This document shows, one piece after another, positions 26,820 through 36,956 of a stretch of 57,175 bases of DNA. The stretch covers positions 1 to 57,175 of the forward strand of contig CALXOI010000001.1 in NCBI GenBank assembly GCA_944389965.1. The letters are read 5' to 3'. Position 1 is the first letter of the stretch, and every line of letters starts with the position of its first letter. The notes beneath the pieces are model-generated. The model searched no databases. It saw only the letters and a list, made by a program, of their open reading frames with translations, and had not been told where the DNA came from. The DNA comes from an uncultured Treponema sp. (GTDB taxonomy: Bacteria > Spirochaetota > Spirochaetia > Treponematales > Treponemataceae). The position numbers and the translations under genes were made by a program.

Positions 26820-27701
26820 TCAGTGTCCGCAATATGCGCCTCCAGACGGCGCAAAACTCCGTAACTTCATTAAGTGTTTTTCTGCATCTTCATATCCTGC
26901 ATCATATAACCGTTGAAGTTTTTTTCTGTTTTTGCAGAGCCTGTCTATTATAATGGATTCAGATGGCCGGAAAACAAAAGCTGTGCCGTTAGCTTCCATT
27001 TGTTCAATATGGTCAAGCGAGTTATTGTATGTATCAGCTCGCTTCAGGTTTGCATCAATCAATGCCGGATATTTTTTATACATTTTTTGGAGTATTTTTT
27101 CTGTGGTGGAGGAAATTGTTTTTTTTCGGTACCCTTCCGGTTGTGTCAGGATGATTACCAGCCGGGTATTTCCATCTGTGATTGCTTTCCTGACGGGAAT
27201 TGAATCTGCTATGCCACCGTCAAACCATATTTCACCGTCTTTCAGTACGGGTTTCCCAATTATGGGAAGCGATGAAGATGCCCGCAACCAGTCGATTGCA
27301 TCCTGGGGATTTTCGGGGCTTTTATATTCCGCCAGCCCCGTCCGGGCATTTGTTACCGTAATGTAAAACCGGCGCATATTACTTTGATTATGGAAATAAG
27401 TATACCAATCAATCTGTTCCCGGGCAGGGATTGTTTTGAATATATAATCAAATCCGAAAAAAGTTCCATGCCGTATCAAACAATATAAACCGGAATATCG
27501 CAGATGTTGCGCATAATTTATATTAACGCGGCGTGCACGGTCAAACTGCCGGGCTAGATATGAAAGAGCATGGCACGCTCCTGCGCTGACACCGTAAACA
27601 TTTCCCCAATATAAATTATGTTGAATCAGGCTGTCCAAAATACCTGCTGCATACATGCCCCGCATGCCGCCGCCTTCTACAATCAAAGCAATTTTTTCCA
27701 T
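26820..27701 (-). CDS. Patatin-like phospholipase
   Basis: EGGGMRG, GVSAG nucleophile motif, DGG. Confidence 0.92.
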   Translation of the reverse strand: MEKIALIVEGGGMRGMYAAGILDSLIQHNLYWGNVYGVSAGACHALSYLARQFDRARRVNINYAQHLRYSGLYCLIRHGTFFGFDYIFKTIPAREQIDWYTYFHNQSNMRRFYITVTNARTGLAEYKSPENPQDAIDWLRASSSLPIIGKPVLKDGEIWFDGGIADSIPVRKAITDGNTRLVIILTQPEGYRKKTISSTTEKILQKMYKKYPALIDANLKRADTYNNSLDHIEQMEANGTAFVFRPSESIIIDRLCKNRKKLQRLYDAGYEDAEKHLMKLRSFAPSGGAYCGH

Positions 27702-28078
27702 GCAGATATTGTATCATGGCGGCGTTTTTGGTGCAATGCAGAAAATAACATATAATATTGTTGCAGTGGTGCTATCTGGTTGCCAAACGGAACCCATATC
27801 TGTTGAATCTGACGGGATGGCAGATACTGCCTGGTAAAGGTCCGGATGTATTTTGACGCTGATATACTAATCCGGCTGCTGGTGTGGTTTTAGCGGGCGT
27901 GCAGTGGTATACCTGTTTTGGAATATATGCCTTTTTCGTTTCATTCCGGTCATTCAAGCGGTATGACATATAAATGAAAACGACTGTTTCCCGGTTATAA
28001 AACAGTTTGGGCTCTGTATGGATGCCTGCGCCGTATTTATAACCGGGTATTCGGATATATAGGTAATTTTGTGTTGTG

Positions 28079-29476
28079 TTATAGTACCGGTGGTTTAGGG
28101 TTTATACTGCCGCCGAATAATTCTTTTATCAATGATTTCACGTCAGTAATGTGTATTGTTCCCGGTTCCTGTTCTGGAGAGAACAGCCGGGTGTACCCCA
28201 GCCCGGCTGCAGCTTTTGCCCGTTGCCGGATACGGTTTACCGGTCTGAGTTCCCCTGCCAGACTGAGTTCCCCGACAATGACGGTGTGTTCCGGTACGGG
28301 AATATCTGTCCGTGCAGAATACAGTGCGGCGGCAAGGGCTCCGTCAATGGCACTCTCTGTAAGCCGGACCCCGCCGGCAACATTTATGTACAAGTCCTGG
28401 TCACTGAATCTGATACCGATTCGTTTTTCCAGTACTGCCGCCACCCGGCTGACCCGGGCAGAATCAATCCGGTCGGAATAAACCCGGGTAACCGCCGCTT
28501 TTGCCGGTACCGTAAGTGCCTGTATTTCGACAAGAAATACACGGCTGCCTTCAAAAACCGGTACCGAAGCAACTCCTGCCGGCAAAGGGCCGGTCCGGCT
28601 GGTAATGAACAATGTTGCCGGATCTTCCACCGGAAAAAGCCCCGTTTCTGTCATGGCAAATATTCCCAGTTCATCAACGGAACCAAACCGGTTCTTCTGT
28701 GCCCGCAGAAATCTGACTTGTTCGTCGTTCCGTTCAAATGAAATGACAGTATCCACCATGTGTTCCAAAGATTTTGGACCGGCAATCTGGCCATCTTTTG
28801 TGACATGGGCAGCGAGAAACAGAACAGCATCCCGTTCTTTTACCCAGCCAATAAGTTCATTTGCACAGTATTTTAATTGGTTCACCGTTCCCGGAACAAT
28901 TCCTGCTTCGGTGCTGTACACGGTTTGTATGGAATCAATAATGACAAAAACCGGATTCAATGTGTTGAGTGCATCATCGATGTCCGCCAGATGGGTTGTA
29001 CACAACAACTCGATCCCGCCGGGCTGCACGGAACCGGTGATTCCCAGCCGGTCTGCCCGTGCCCGGATTTGGGCGGCGGATTCTTCACCTGATACATACA
29101 GTATTCTGCCACCGGATGGATTTCCGGAAGCGATACTTGCTGCTGTTTGAAGGAGCAGAGTTGACTTTCCGATACCCGGTTCCCCCCCAATAAGGACAGC
29201 AGAGCGTTTCATTGCGCCGCCGCCTAATACCCGGTCGAATTCCGGTATGCCGGTGGGGATGCGGGTTCCTTCCATCGGATTAACAGAATCTAACGGAACC
29301 GGTTTTGCCCGGACGGTTATACCGGAAAATGCCGGTGACCGGGAATCTGCGTCGGTTACGCATTCAATGAAACTGTTCCATTCGCCACATTCCGGGCACC
29401 GTCCCAGCCACCGGGGCTGGCTGTAGCCGCAGGAACTGCATTTGTAACAGATTGTACCGTTTTTTTTCTTTGCCAT
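28079..29476 (-). CDS. radA: DNA repair protein RadA/Sms
   Basis: C4 zinc finger, GEPGIGKSTLL, IDSIQT, KNRFG, Lon-like C-terminus GELSLAGELRPV. Confidence 0.96.
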   Translation of the reverse strand: MAKKKNGTICYKCSSCGYSQPRWLGRCPECGEWNSFIECVTDADSRSPAFSGITVRAKPVPLDSVNPMEGTRIPTGIPEFDRVLGGGAMKRSAVLIGGEPGIGKSTLLLQTAASIASGNPSGGRILYVSGEESAAQIRARADRLGITGSVQPGGIELLCTTHLADIDDALNTLNPVFVIIDSIQTVYSTEAGIVPGTVNQLKYCANELIGWVKERDAVLFLAAHVTKDGQIAGPKSLEHMVDTVISFERNDEQVRFLRAQKNRFGSVDELGIFAMTETGLFPVEDPATLFITSRTGPLPAGVASVPVFEGSRVFLVEIQALTVPAKAAVTRVYSDRIDSARVSRVAAVLEKRIGIRFSDQDLYINVAGGVRLTESAIDGALAAALYSARTDIPVPEHTVIVGELSLAGELRPVNRIRQRAKAAAGLGYTRLFSPEQEPGTIHITDVKSLIKELFGGSINPKPPVL

Positions 29477-29491
29477 AGATATATAATGGAT

Positions 29492-29872
29492 TCAGTACGC
29501 TGTTATGTCAATGTCAGAAGTTGTCTGTTCGCTTTCCACCCGGATAAAAATCCCGTTGGGCAGACATGCCGCCCAGTCTCCGTTCCGGTAAACCGGATCC
29601 GCCTGAATGCAGGTTTTATTTGCGCAGGGTGATTCCTGAAAAAAAGCCCTACCATTTTGTATCCGGATAACTGATGTTCCGGTCAGTCCGTTGACAGGAA
29701 TTTCCGCATCCTGATCCAATTGATACAAGTATTCTGTTTCCGATGTAGATATATGCAAAACCGGGGTTCCCGGTGCCTGGCTGGTATTGATAATTGAAGT
29801 GGCACAGATACCGAATGCCCCCGCAATGCAGACTATATCCAGAGGTTTTAGCAGTGAGAAGAATTTGTTCAT
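29492..29872 (-). CDS. NusG domain II-containing membrane-anchored protein
   Basis: N-terminal TM; ESPCANKTC ... ACLPN. Confidence 0.8.
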   Translation of the reverse strand: MNKFFSLLKPLDIVCIAGAFGICATSIINTSQAPGTPVLHISTSETEYLYQLDQDAEIPVNGLTGTSVIRIQNGRAFFQESPCANKTCIQADPVYRNGDWAACLPNGIFIRVESEQTTSDIDITAY

Positions 29873-30073
29873 AATTGTGCTACCGTTGTGTTCCGGGCAA
29901 AATGTATGTTGTCTGGTACTGACCGTTTTTTTGTAGCAGGAGTTGGATCAGCTTATTATTATGCTGTTTTTTATTCAAAATCACGTAATATTATATATCG
30001 GGGAAAACGGATGTGTCAAACAAGCATATATTCAAATCCAGAGTAAACCGTTATACTATTCCCGGGGTTTTTA

Positions 30074-30781
30074 ATGGCAGAAAAGTGTCTGAAATGTTTT
30101 CGTCCGCTAGTAACCTGTTACTGTAAGTATATTATTCCGGTAGAAACCGGTGCAAAATTTGTTTTCTTGATGCATCCTAAAGAGGCGTACCGGCAGCATA
30201 CCGGTACCGGCAGACTTGCCGCTTTGTCACTTCCTGATTCAGAAATTATTATAGGCATAGATTTTACTGATAATAACCGGCTGAACAGGCTGTTGGTTGA
30301 TTCTTCATTTTATCCGGTTGTATTGTATCCGGCACCAGATGCACTTACCCCGTCCAGTCCCTGCTTGAAACAGAAACTCGGGGACGGACGCCGTCTTTTA
30401 GTAGTGGTTATAGATGCGACGTGGTTTTTCGCAAAAAAAATGCTCCGGCTGTCACCAAATGTGCGTTCTCTGCCGGCGCTGTCGTTTAGCGGCTGCTACC
30501 GGTCTGAATTTACATTCAAGCGGCAGCCGGCGGCAGGTTGTGTTTCCACGATAGAATCCTGTTATTATCTGATAAAAGAACTGCAGCAGGCAGAAATTGT
30601 TGATGGAACCGTGAATCCGGAACCGTTGATGGATGTGTTTAGAAAAATGGTTGATTTTCAGCTGGATGCGGAACGGCAACGGGTGATTTCCGGTATACCG
30701 GGCCGGCATGCCTATGATGCCGAGCGGGATGCAGCCCGGCTGCAAAGTGGTAAATTTTTATCCCGTATTCCGGCGCCGTAA
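30074..30781 (+). CDS. DTW-domain protein (tRNA-uridine aminocarboxypropyltransferase-like)
   Basis: CxxC...CxC, HPKE, TGRLA, IDATW, STIE. Confidence 0.9.
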   Translation: MAEKCLKCFRPLVTCYCKYIIPVETGAKFVFLMHPKEAYRQHTGTGRLAALSLPDSEIIIGIDFTDNNRLNRLLVDSSFYPVVLYPAPDALTPSSPCLKQKLGDGRRLLVVVIDATWFFAKKMLRLSPNVRSLPALSFSGCYRSEFTFKRQPAAGCVSTIESCYYLIKELQQAEIVDGTVNPEPLMDVFRKMVDFQLDAERQRVISGIPGRHAYDAERDAARLQSGKFLSRIPAP

Positions 30782-30797
30782 TCCCGGATGGTGCGGA

Positions 30798-31003
30798 CGG
30801 GGGAGCTGGTGTTGCCGCAGTGCATCGGTTAGTGCACAGGGTGCCGGTTAGGTTGGGGTGCAATCTGCCGGTTTTACAGTGTCTGCTGTATTGTCCTGAC
30901 ACGGTACGGTATGTTTTGCAGCCGCCGGTTGGTGCACAGAGCGCGGTTGGTGCGTCATAACCCCGGACAGTGCCGTGCGGGGGAGCTGGTGTTGCCGCAG
31001 TGC
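30798..31003 (+). repeat. Identical 26-bp direct repeats 180 bp apart, with a second internal repeat pair
   Basis: CGGGGGAGCTGGTGTTGCCGCAGTGC at 30798-30823 and 30978-31003; CGGTT(A/G)GTGCACAG at 30826 and 30926. Confidence 0.85.
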
Positions 31004-31012
31004 GCCGGGAAT

Positions 31013-31642
31013 TCAGTCAAACAGCGGTATCCATGTTGCGGAACGGTATGCATCAAAACACATGGCAATCTGTGCTTCAGTATTTTTTTCTGTGGCAAGT
31101 TCCGGCAGTTTATCTATATCAAACCAGCCAGATGCAGTTGTTTCTGTGTTTTTTTCAAAGTGTCCGCCGATCAGGGTGCACTGCACAAATACTTTGCAGA
31201 TGCCGTATGCGTATACCGGCAGGTTGTGCTTTGCCCGGTCTTGAACTGCAATAATCCTGTCTGCGGTTACATCAAGACCTGCTTCTTCTTTTACTTCTTT
31301 GATGGTATTTTCTTTTATGGACAGGTTGACGTCAACCCAGCCTCCCGGTAATGACCAGGTACCGTTGTTTTCCCGTACCAGCAAGATTTTCCCGTCTTGG
31401 AATATGGCAGCCCGAGTGTCCAGCTTTGGTGTCTGGTATCCGGTTTCATTACAGAATAATCCGGTAACTTTGTCCGGTGGAATATCTGTTTTGCATGCAA
31501 TAATTTCCGCAGCAATTGCCCGTATCCGCCCGTACCGTTCCCTGTCATACACATCTTTTCCGTATGTCAGCCCGGCCTGTGCGAGACTTTGTAGTTCTAC
31601 AGCCCACTGAAGCCATTTTTCATTTGTGTCCACAAGAACCAC
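31013..31642 (-). CDS. NUDIX hydrolase with N-terminal Nudix_N domain (ADP-ribose pyrophosphatase-like)
   Basis: ELQSLAQAGLTY, GYQTPKLDTRAA, Nudix box PGGW...KEVKEEAG. Confidence 0.92.
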   Translation of the reverse strand: MVLVDTNEKWLQWAVELQSLAQAGLTYGKDVYDRERYGRIRAIAAEIIACKTDIPPDKVTGLFCNETGYQTPKLDTRAAIFQDGKILLVRENNGTWSLPGGWVDVNLSIKENTIKEVKEEAGLDVTADRIIAVQDRAKHNLPVYAYGICKVFVQCTLIGGHFEKNTETTASGWFDIDKLPELATEKNTEAQIAMCFDAYRSATWIPLFD

Positions 31643-31676
31643 CCTTTTCTGGACGATAGATAATACGGTATATTTT

Positions 31677-32477
31677 TTAGAACTTAATGGAAGATATCAC
31701 AACTGTATCATCATCACTGCCGGCTGAACGCCGGGCTCGTTTTTTCCCCTGCGGAACAGGAACTGCTGTTGCGGTGCGGTTTTTACCGCTGTCGGTGATG
31801 CCGGCTTGTGCTGCCGGTAAAGCAGTTGAGGGCTCCGGAGACTCTGTGTTGCGGATCGCTTTCCGTGGTTGCCGGGGTGAATGGGCGGTTAAAAACCCGA
31901 ACAGACTTCCGCATAAACCGCCGGCGATGTGCGCTACCGACGAAATATCATCTGTTTGAAAACAGGTTATTAATTCTCTTCCCATATATAATACCATAAT
32001 CAGGATGAATGTAAGCGGAATCTGATTACGGGTAATCGTTGTGAATGATGACAGAAGAATCATCATGAAAGCGATGCCGCTGGCACCCAGTAATCCGCTG
32101 GGAATGAAACAAGCGTTCAATACGCCGGTAACAAAGGCGGTAACTGTCATCATTAAAAGCAGCATCCGGGAACCGTACCGTTCTTCCAGAAGCGGTCCTA
32201 ACAGAAGGACAAAAGACAGGTTACCGATTAAATGTGACCAATCTGCATGCCCCAGTACATGGGTAAACAGCCGGATATAATCCAGAATACTTTTCCAGTT
32301 AAAAGGAAACGCGGAACCGATTTTTCCGGTAGCGGTAAAAATTGCTCCGGTCAATCCCGGTATAACATATGTATCCAGCAACAGCACAAAGGTTGCCATC
32401 AATGAAAAAGTGAGTGTAACCGGAGCATTGTAACAGATATGGAGTTTACCTGCTTTTGATTTCTTTTTTTTGGGCAT
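31677..32477 (-). CDS. Rhomboid intramembrane serine protease
   Basis: H...HL.GN, GASG catalytic Ser, AHIAG catalytic His. Confidence 0.9.
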   Translation of the reverse strand: MPKKKKSKAGKLHICYNAPVTLTFSLMATFVLLLDTYVIPGLTGAIFTATGKIGSAFPFNWKSILDYIRLFTHVLGHADWSHLIGNLSFVLLLGPLLEERYGSRMLLLMMTVTAFVTGVLNACFIPSGLLGASGIAFMMILLSSFTTITRNQIPLTFILIMVLYMGRELITCFQTDDISSVAHIAGGLCGSLFGFLTAHSPRQPRKAIRNTESPEPSTALPAAQAGITDSGKNRTATAVPVPQGKKRARRSAGSDDDTVVISSIKF

Positions 32478-32479
32478 TG

Positions 32480-33256
32480 TCAGTCCTCCAGTTCCAGTAC
32501 AATCGGACAGTGATCTGACCCATACACATCAGAGAGAATATAAGAATTCTGCAGGGAACCGGTAAACGTATTATTGACACATTGATAATCAATCCGCCAT
32601 CCGATATTTTTTTCCCGTGCATGGAACCGGTAACTCCACCATGTATATTGTCCCGGGTCCGGGCAGAATCTGCGGAATGTGTCGCAGTATCCTGCTGATG
32701 TAAAGGTATCCATCCATGCCCGTTCTTCCGGCAGGTAGCCGGGATTCCTTTCATTTGCTTTAGGATTTGCCAAATCAATCGGTTTATGGGCAATGTTGTA
32801 ATCTCCGCAGAGCACAATATTGTATCCGTCTGCAGTCAGCCTGTTGCACATTTCCAGCATTGCATTACAAAAATCCAATTTGTAACCCAGCCGGGCACCG
32901 GCATCCTGGCTGTTGGGAAAATATGCACTGATGACTGCCAGGTTGCCGAACCGGGCGGTAAGAACCCGGCCTTCATCATCAAAGGCGGGAATCCCCATGG
33001 TTTCCACAAAATCCGGTTCCGTAATACTGTAGATGGCTGTACCGGAATACCCGGGGCGCTTTGCCGGTGCCCAATATGATTTGTATGTTCCTGATACTGC
33101 CGGCGGTGCAAGCAATCCGGGAGACAGCTGCCCCGGTTGTGCTTTCGTTTCCTGTATGCATACAATATCCGCCCCGCTGCCGGTAATCCAAGGGATAAAA
33201 CCTTTTTTTTCAGCAGCACGGATACCGTTTACATTCCAAGAAATAATTCGCTTCAT
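32480..33256 (-). CDS. xth: Exodeoxyribonuclease III
   Basis: SWNVNG, QETK, GDYNIAH, YTWWSYR, GWRIDY, SDHCP. Confidence 0.96.
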   Translation of the reverse strand: MKRIISWNVNGIRAAEKKGFIPWITGSGADIVCIQETKAQPGQLSPGLLAPPAVSGTYKSYWAPAKRPGYSGTAIYSITEPDFVETMGIPAFDDEGRVLTARFGNLAVISAYFPNSQDAGARLGYKLDFCNAMLEMCNRLTADGYNIVLCGDYNIAHKPIDLANPKANERNPGYLPEERAWMDTFTSAGYCDTFRRFCPDPGQYTWWSYRFHAREKNIGWRIDYQCVNNTFTGSLQNSYILSDVYGSDHCPIVLELED

Positions 33257-33556
33257 GGAATGAGTGTATCATACCGTTACCGGTTATGAAAAGTAGGGCG
33301 GGAAACAGGATGGCAACCGGCTTTATTTTCTGTTTACCGTTGGATTACAGCCGTTATTTGTCCGGAATGTTCATGTTTCTATGTTACTATGTAAAAGGTT
33401 CTGTTGTGGAAACGAATGAGGTTTTAGTGAAGTGTTTGTTTAGTACAAAACTGTATATGTGCAAACAAAAAACTATTTCCGGAATCCAGAGAGGTAATCA
33501 GTCTGGATTCCGGTATATGTACAGCGGGGTATGCGTTTTTATAACGAAACCGGTTG

Positions 33557-34030
33557 TTATATACTGATATTGATACGTGATGCAGTATGGGCTGTCTGGG
33601 CGTATATACTTCGGGCATTCCGGTAGGGGTTTTTCACAGCAGCAAGCCGGTCTTTTATTTGAGTGATATGAATTTGCAATAAATCCCTGTTTTTTTTGTT
33701 CCGGTCCAAAACCTGCTGCTGTAATTGGCGCAAATCTGCCTGTAACCGGGGAATTTCCGGGACGGAATCCGTCTCGGAAAAAGAATTCCGGTATAGTTCT
33801 TCCATCGGATGAATCACTTTCTGCAAACTGATAATATTGGCTGCAATCTGCTGTTCCAGCTCTGTATGGGCAAGAAGTTGCTCTGTGTTTTCTTCTGTTA
33901 TTGTTTTTTCCTGTGATTCCAGCACGGCAAGGTATTCCTTGAATTTTGCCCGCTGCTGTTCCAGCAGTGTTTTGAACCGCTTCAATAAAGCGGTCCGTTC
34001 CGCAATTTCAGCCTGTGTCAGTTCTGTCAT
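33557..34030 (-). CDS. Flagellar chaperone FlgN-like protein
   Basis: Coiled-coil protein directly after fliS; N..LL motif, NPY near C-terminus; start set at ATG 34030 to avoid overlap. Confidence 0.65.
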   Translation of the reverse strand: MTELTQAEIAERTALLKRFKTLLEQQRAKFKEYLAVLESQEKTITEENTEQLLAHTELEQQIAANIISLQKVIHPMEELYRNSFSETDSVPEIPRLQADLRQLQQQVLDRNKKNRDLLQIHITQIKDRLAAVKNPYRNARSIYAQTAHTASRINISI

Positions 34031-34034
34031 AACA

Positions 34035-34484
34035 TTATCCGTTGATGTCAATGCCAGCATGAACCACTGGTGCCGGTGCTGCTCCGGCTGATGTGGCAAT
34101 TTCGGCCCAAGCATCTCTGAGCTGCGTCATCATATTTTGGACAAACATGATTTTTCTCCGGTCATGATTTAAAACTACGCTCAAAAGTTCTTGGTTAAAA
34201 TAGAGATACAGTGACATCAGATTTTTTGCGATGTCGCCACCTGCGTCCATGTCCAGCGCCGTCATCAGTTCCGAAATGATTTCCTGGGTTTTCAGAATGT
34301 GCTTGGAAAACGGTTCGATACTGGGGACTTCAATTGAATTGTTACCGGATAGATAGGAAAGCGCATAACTGAGCTGCTTAATTGCTTCATCGTATAACAT
34401 AACAATTTGTTTGCCCCGACTGGCGGTTCTGACTTCTGTTTCCCGATATGCTGTATATACTCCGTATGATTGGCTGTAACCCAT
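34035..34484 (-). CDS. fliS: Flagellar export chaperone FliS
   Basis: [44 protein letters not shown]. Confidence 0.93.
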   Translation of the reverse strand: MGYSQSYGVYTAYRETEVRTASRGKQIVMLYDEAIKQLSYALSYLSGNNSIEVPSIEPFSKHILKTQEIISELMTALDMDAGGDIAKNLMSLYLYFNQELLSVVLNHDRRKIMFVQNMMTQLRDAWAEIATSAGAAPAPVVHAGIDING

Positions 34485-34512
34485 AATACCCCCTTACAGT
34501 TATACTTTAAAC

Positions 34513-34539
34513 ATATCGGTATTGGCAACATTTGGTTTA
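34513..34539 (-). promoter_or_regulatory. sigma28 (FliA)-type promoter for fliS
   Basis: Minus strand TAAA-N15-ACCGATAT versus consensus TAAA-N15-GCCGATAT. Confidence 0.65.
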
Positions 34540-34691
34540 GTTTTATTTTGAAAAAAACTTCTGCCTATCGACGAATCAGACATAATTTCGTATACTTAAT
34601 ATGGAAATCAATATCAAACTGCACGGGCAGCTGCAGACTGTGTTTCGTGCTGTACTGTATGCCGGAATATGACCGGTATGAAGAGGTAGAA

Positions 34692-36818
34692 ATGAGTGAT
34701 TCAAATAAAAATTCGGATGGAAAAAAGCCTGATTCCGGTCAGGATCCGTTTGATTTTTTCAAATTATCACCGGAACCGGGGAACTCTGGTCCAAACAATA
34801 AACGTCCGAAAATGCCGTTTTGGACAATTATTCTGTTAATTATTGCGGTAACGGCTGGATTTAATTTTTTCTTTATGTCAAAACCGGATACATTGATTGC
34901 TTTTTCTGATTTTAAGACAATGGTGGAAAACGGTCAGATTGTATCAGTTGAGTTAGGGGATACATATTTTACTGGATATACGTCAGTTGCTCCGACCGTA
35001 AATGATATGTCTTTTTCCCTGTTCAGCAGTCAGTCTAATAATTCTGTGAAAACTGCCGGCATTCTGACGGAAGGTTTTCTGGATCTGCTGGATGAAAAAG
35101 GTGTCACGTATAAAATAGTGGTAAAGCAGAACAGTTTTCTTCTTCAGTTGCTTATGAATCTGGTGATACCGGTTGGTTTTATCTTTTTAATGTGGTTCTT
35201 CTTTTTCCGGAAAATGAGTGGTGGTTTGGGAGGCAGTATTTTTACTGCCGGCAATTCCCGGGCGAGCGCTGTGGAAGAAGGGACGGTAACGACCCGGTTT
35301 AATGACGTTGCCGGTGTGGATGAGGCAAAAGAGGAACTGGTTGAAGTTGTTGACTTTTTAAAATCACCTAAAAAATATACGGATATTGGTGGAAAGATTC
35401 CAAAAGGTGTTTTGTTGGTGGGACCGCCTGGTACCGGTAAGACGTTGCTTGCCCGGGCTGTAGCAGGGGAAGCAGGGGTTCCGTTTTTTAAGATTTCAGG
35501 TTCCGACTTTGTGGAAATGTTTGTGGGTGTCGGTGCAAGCCGTGTTCGGGATTTATTCAAACAGGCACGGGAAAAAGCTCCGTGTATTGTCTTTATTGAT
35601 GAGCTTGATGCAATTGGTAAAAGCCGTGTGAACTCATTGAACGGTAATGATGAGCGGGAACAGACTCTGAACCAGCTGTTAGTCGAGATGGACGGATTTG
35701 ACAATTCCAAAGGGTTGATTCTTTTGGCAGCAACAAACCGCCCCGATGTCCTTGACCCGGCTTTGCTCCGTCCTGGTCGGTTTGACCGGCAGGTTGTTGT
35801 TGACCGGCCTGATGTGAAGGGGCGGGAAGCTATCCTGAAAATTCATGCGAAAAATGTAAAGCTGGGCAGTGATGTTGATTTGGCATCCATTGCTAGGACA
35901 ACATCCGGTTTTGCCGGGGCGGATTTGGCAAACGTTGTAAATGAAGCCGCACTGTTGGCAGTTCGTGCCGGAAGAAAGCTTGTATCAATGGAGGATTTTG
36001 ACGAAGCGGTTGAAAAGGCGGTTGCCGGGTTGCAGAAAAAAAGCAGGGTAATCAAAGAAAATGAGCGGCGGATTGTTGCATTTCATGAAACCGGACATGC
36101 GCTTGCTGCTGCTTTTACTGATGGTGCTGATAAAGTACATAAAATATCAATCATTCCCCGGGGCGTTGCAGCTCTCGGTTATACATTGCAAATGCCGGAA
36201 GAAGACCGGTATCTGCGTACGGAAAAAGAGCTATACGGGGAAATAGATGTATTGCTGGGTGGCCGGGCAGCAGAATTGATTACATTCGGGGAAGTGTCCA
36301 CCGGTGCGGCAAATGATTTGCAGCGGGCAACCGATATTGCCCGGCGTATTTTAACTGATTATGGTATGAGTAAACGGTTCAGGAACGTAGTGTTGTCCCA
36401 GCGGGGCGGCGGCTATGGTTCCGATGCACCGCAGTTAATCCGGGAATATTCAGAAGCAACCCAGCAGTATATTGATGATGAACTTGCCCGCATTATGGAC
36501 GAGCGGTTCAATCGGGTTGTTGATCTGCTGAAAAGCAAACAGGATATGATGGATTATATTGCCAACCGGTTATTGGAAAAAGAAATTATCGAAGAAAGCG
36601 AATTTGATGATATTGTACGAGCCCGTGCCCATTTGGACACACTGTGTCTGTCGGGACAGAATGCCGGCAATGGAAATTCCGGTACCGGAACAGAAACAGC
36701 CGGTACTGCGGATAAAAATTCCGGCAGCAATTCCGGTGCACCGGTGGAGTCGGGATCGGATACAGGCGGGCAGGACGGAACCTCCGCCGGTACAGAACAG
36801 GCTGACCCTCTTTCCTGA
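34692..36818 (+). CDS. ftsH: ATP-dependent zinc metalloprotease FtsH
   Basis: Two TMs, [40 protein letters not shown]; GAGG before ATG 34692. Confidence 0.96.
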   Translation: MSDSNKNSDGKKPDSGQDPFDFFKLSPEPGNSGPNNKRPKMPFWTIILLIIAVTAGFNFFFMSKPDTLIAFSDFKTMVENGQIVSVELGDTYFTGYTSVAPTVNDMSFSLFSSQSNNSVKTAGILTEGFLDLLDEKGVTYKIVVKQNSFLLQLLMNLVIPVGFIFLMWFFFFRKMSGGLGGSIFTAGNSRASAVEEGTVTTRFNDVAGVDEAKEELVEVVDFLKSPKKYTDIGGKIPKGVLLVGPPGTGKTLLARAVAGEAGVPFFKISGSDFVEMFVGVGASRVRDLFKQAREKAPCIVFIDELDAIGKSRVNSLNGNDEREQTLNQLLVEMDGFDNSKGLILLAATNRPDVLDPALLRPGRFDRQVVVDRPDVKGREAILKIHAKNVKLGSDVDLASIARTTSGFAGADLANVVNEAALLAVRAGRKLVSMEDFDEAVEKAVAGLQKKSRVIKENERRIVAFHETGHALAAAFTDGADKVHKISIIPRGVAALGYTLQMPEEDRYLRTEKELYGEIDVLLGGRAAELITFGEVSTGAANDLQRATDIARRILTDYGMSKRFRNVVLSQRGGGYGSDAPQLIREYSEATQQYIDDELARIMDERFNRVVDLLKSKQDMMDYIANRLLEKEIIEESEFDDIVRARAHLDTLCLSGQNAGNGNSGTGTETAGTADKNSGSNSGAPVESGSDTGGQDGTSAGTEQADPLS

Positions 36819-36855
36819 GAAATAAACTGACCGGATGCGTACCGATTTGTACATG

Positions 36856-36896
36856 AAATACAGCTGCGGGATATGTCCGGCAGCTGTATTTTTTTA
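36856..36896 (+). terminator. Rho-independent terminator after ftsH
   Basis: AAATACAGCTGC...GCAGCTGTATTTTTTT. Confidence 0.82.
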
Positions 36897-36956
36897 TCTT
36901 GACATTATATGTATTTTTGTATACGTTGAGCTTCATAGTTCTAATGAGGTTCAGAA

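Noticed and set aside
30798-31003. CRISPR array from the 26-bp direct repeats
   Set aside because: Only two copies, separated by 154 nt, and no cas genes in the window.
34470-34691. N-terminal extension of FtsH in the ORF track (likewise extended starts for FlgN-like, Aat, ClpS, ClpA and HAD)
   Set aside because: Several extensions overlap neighbouring genes or promoters; downstream ATGs fit the family N-termini better and some have a clear RBS.
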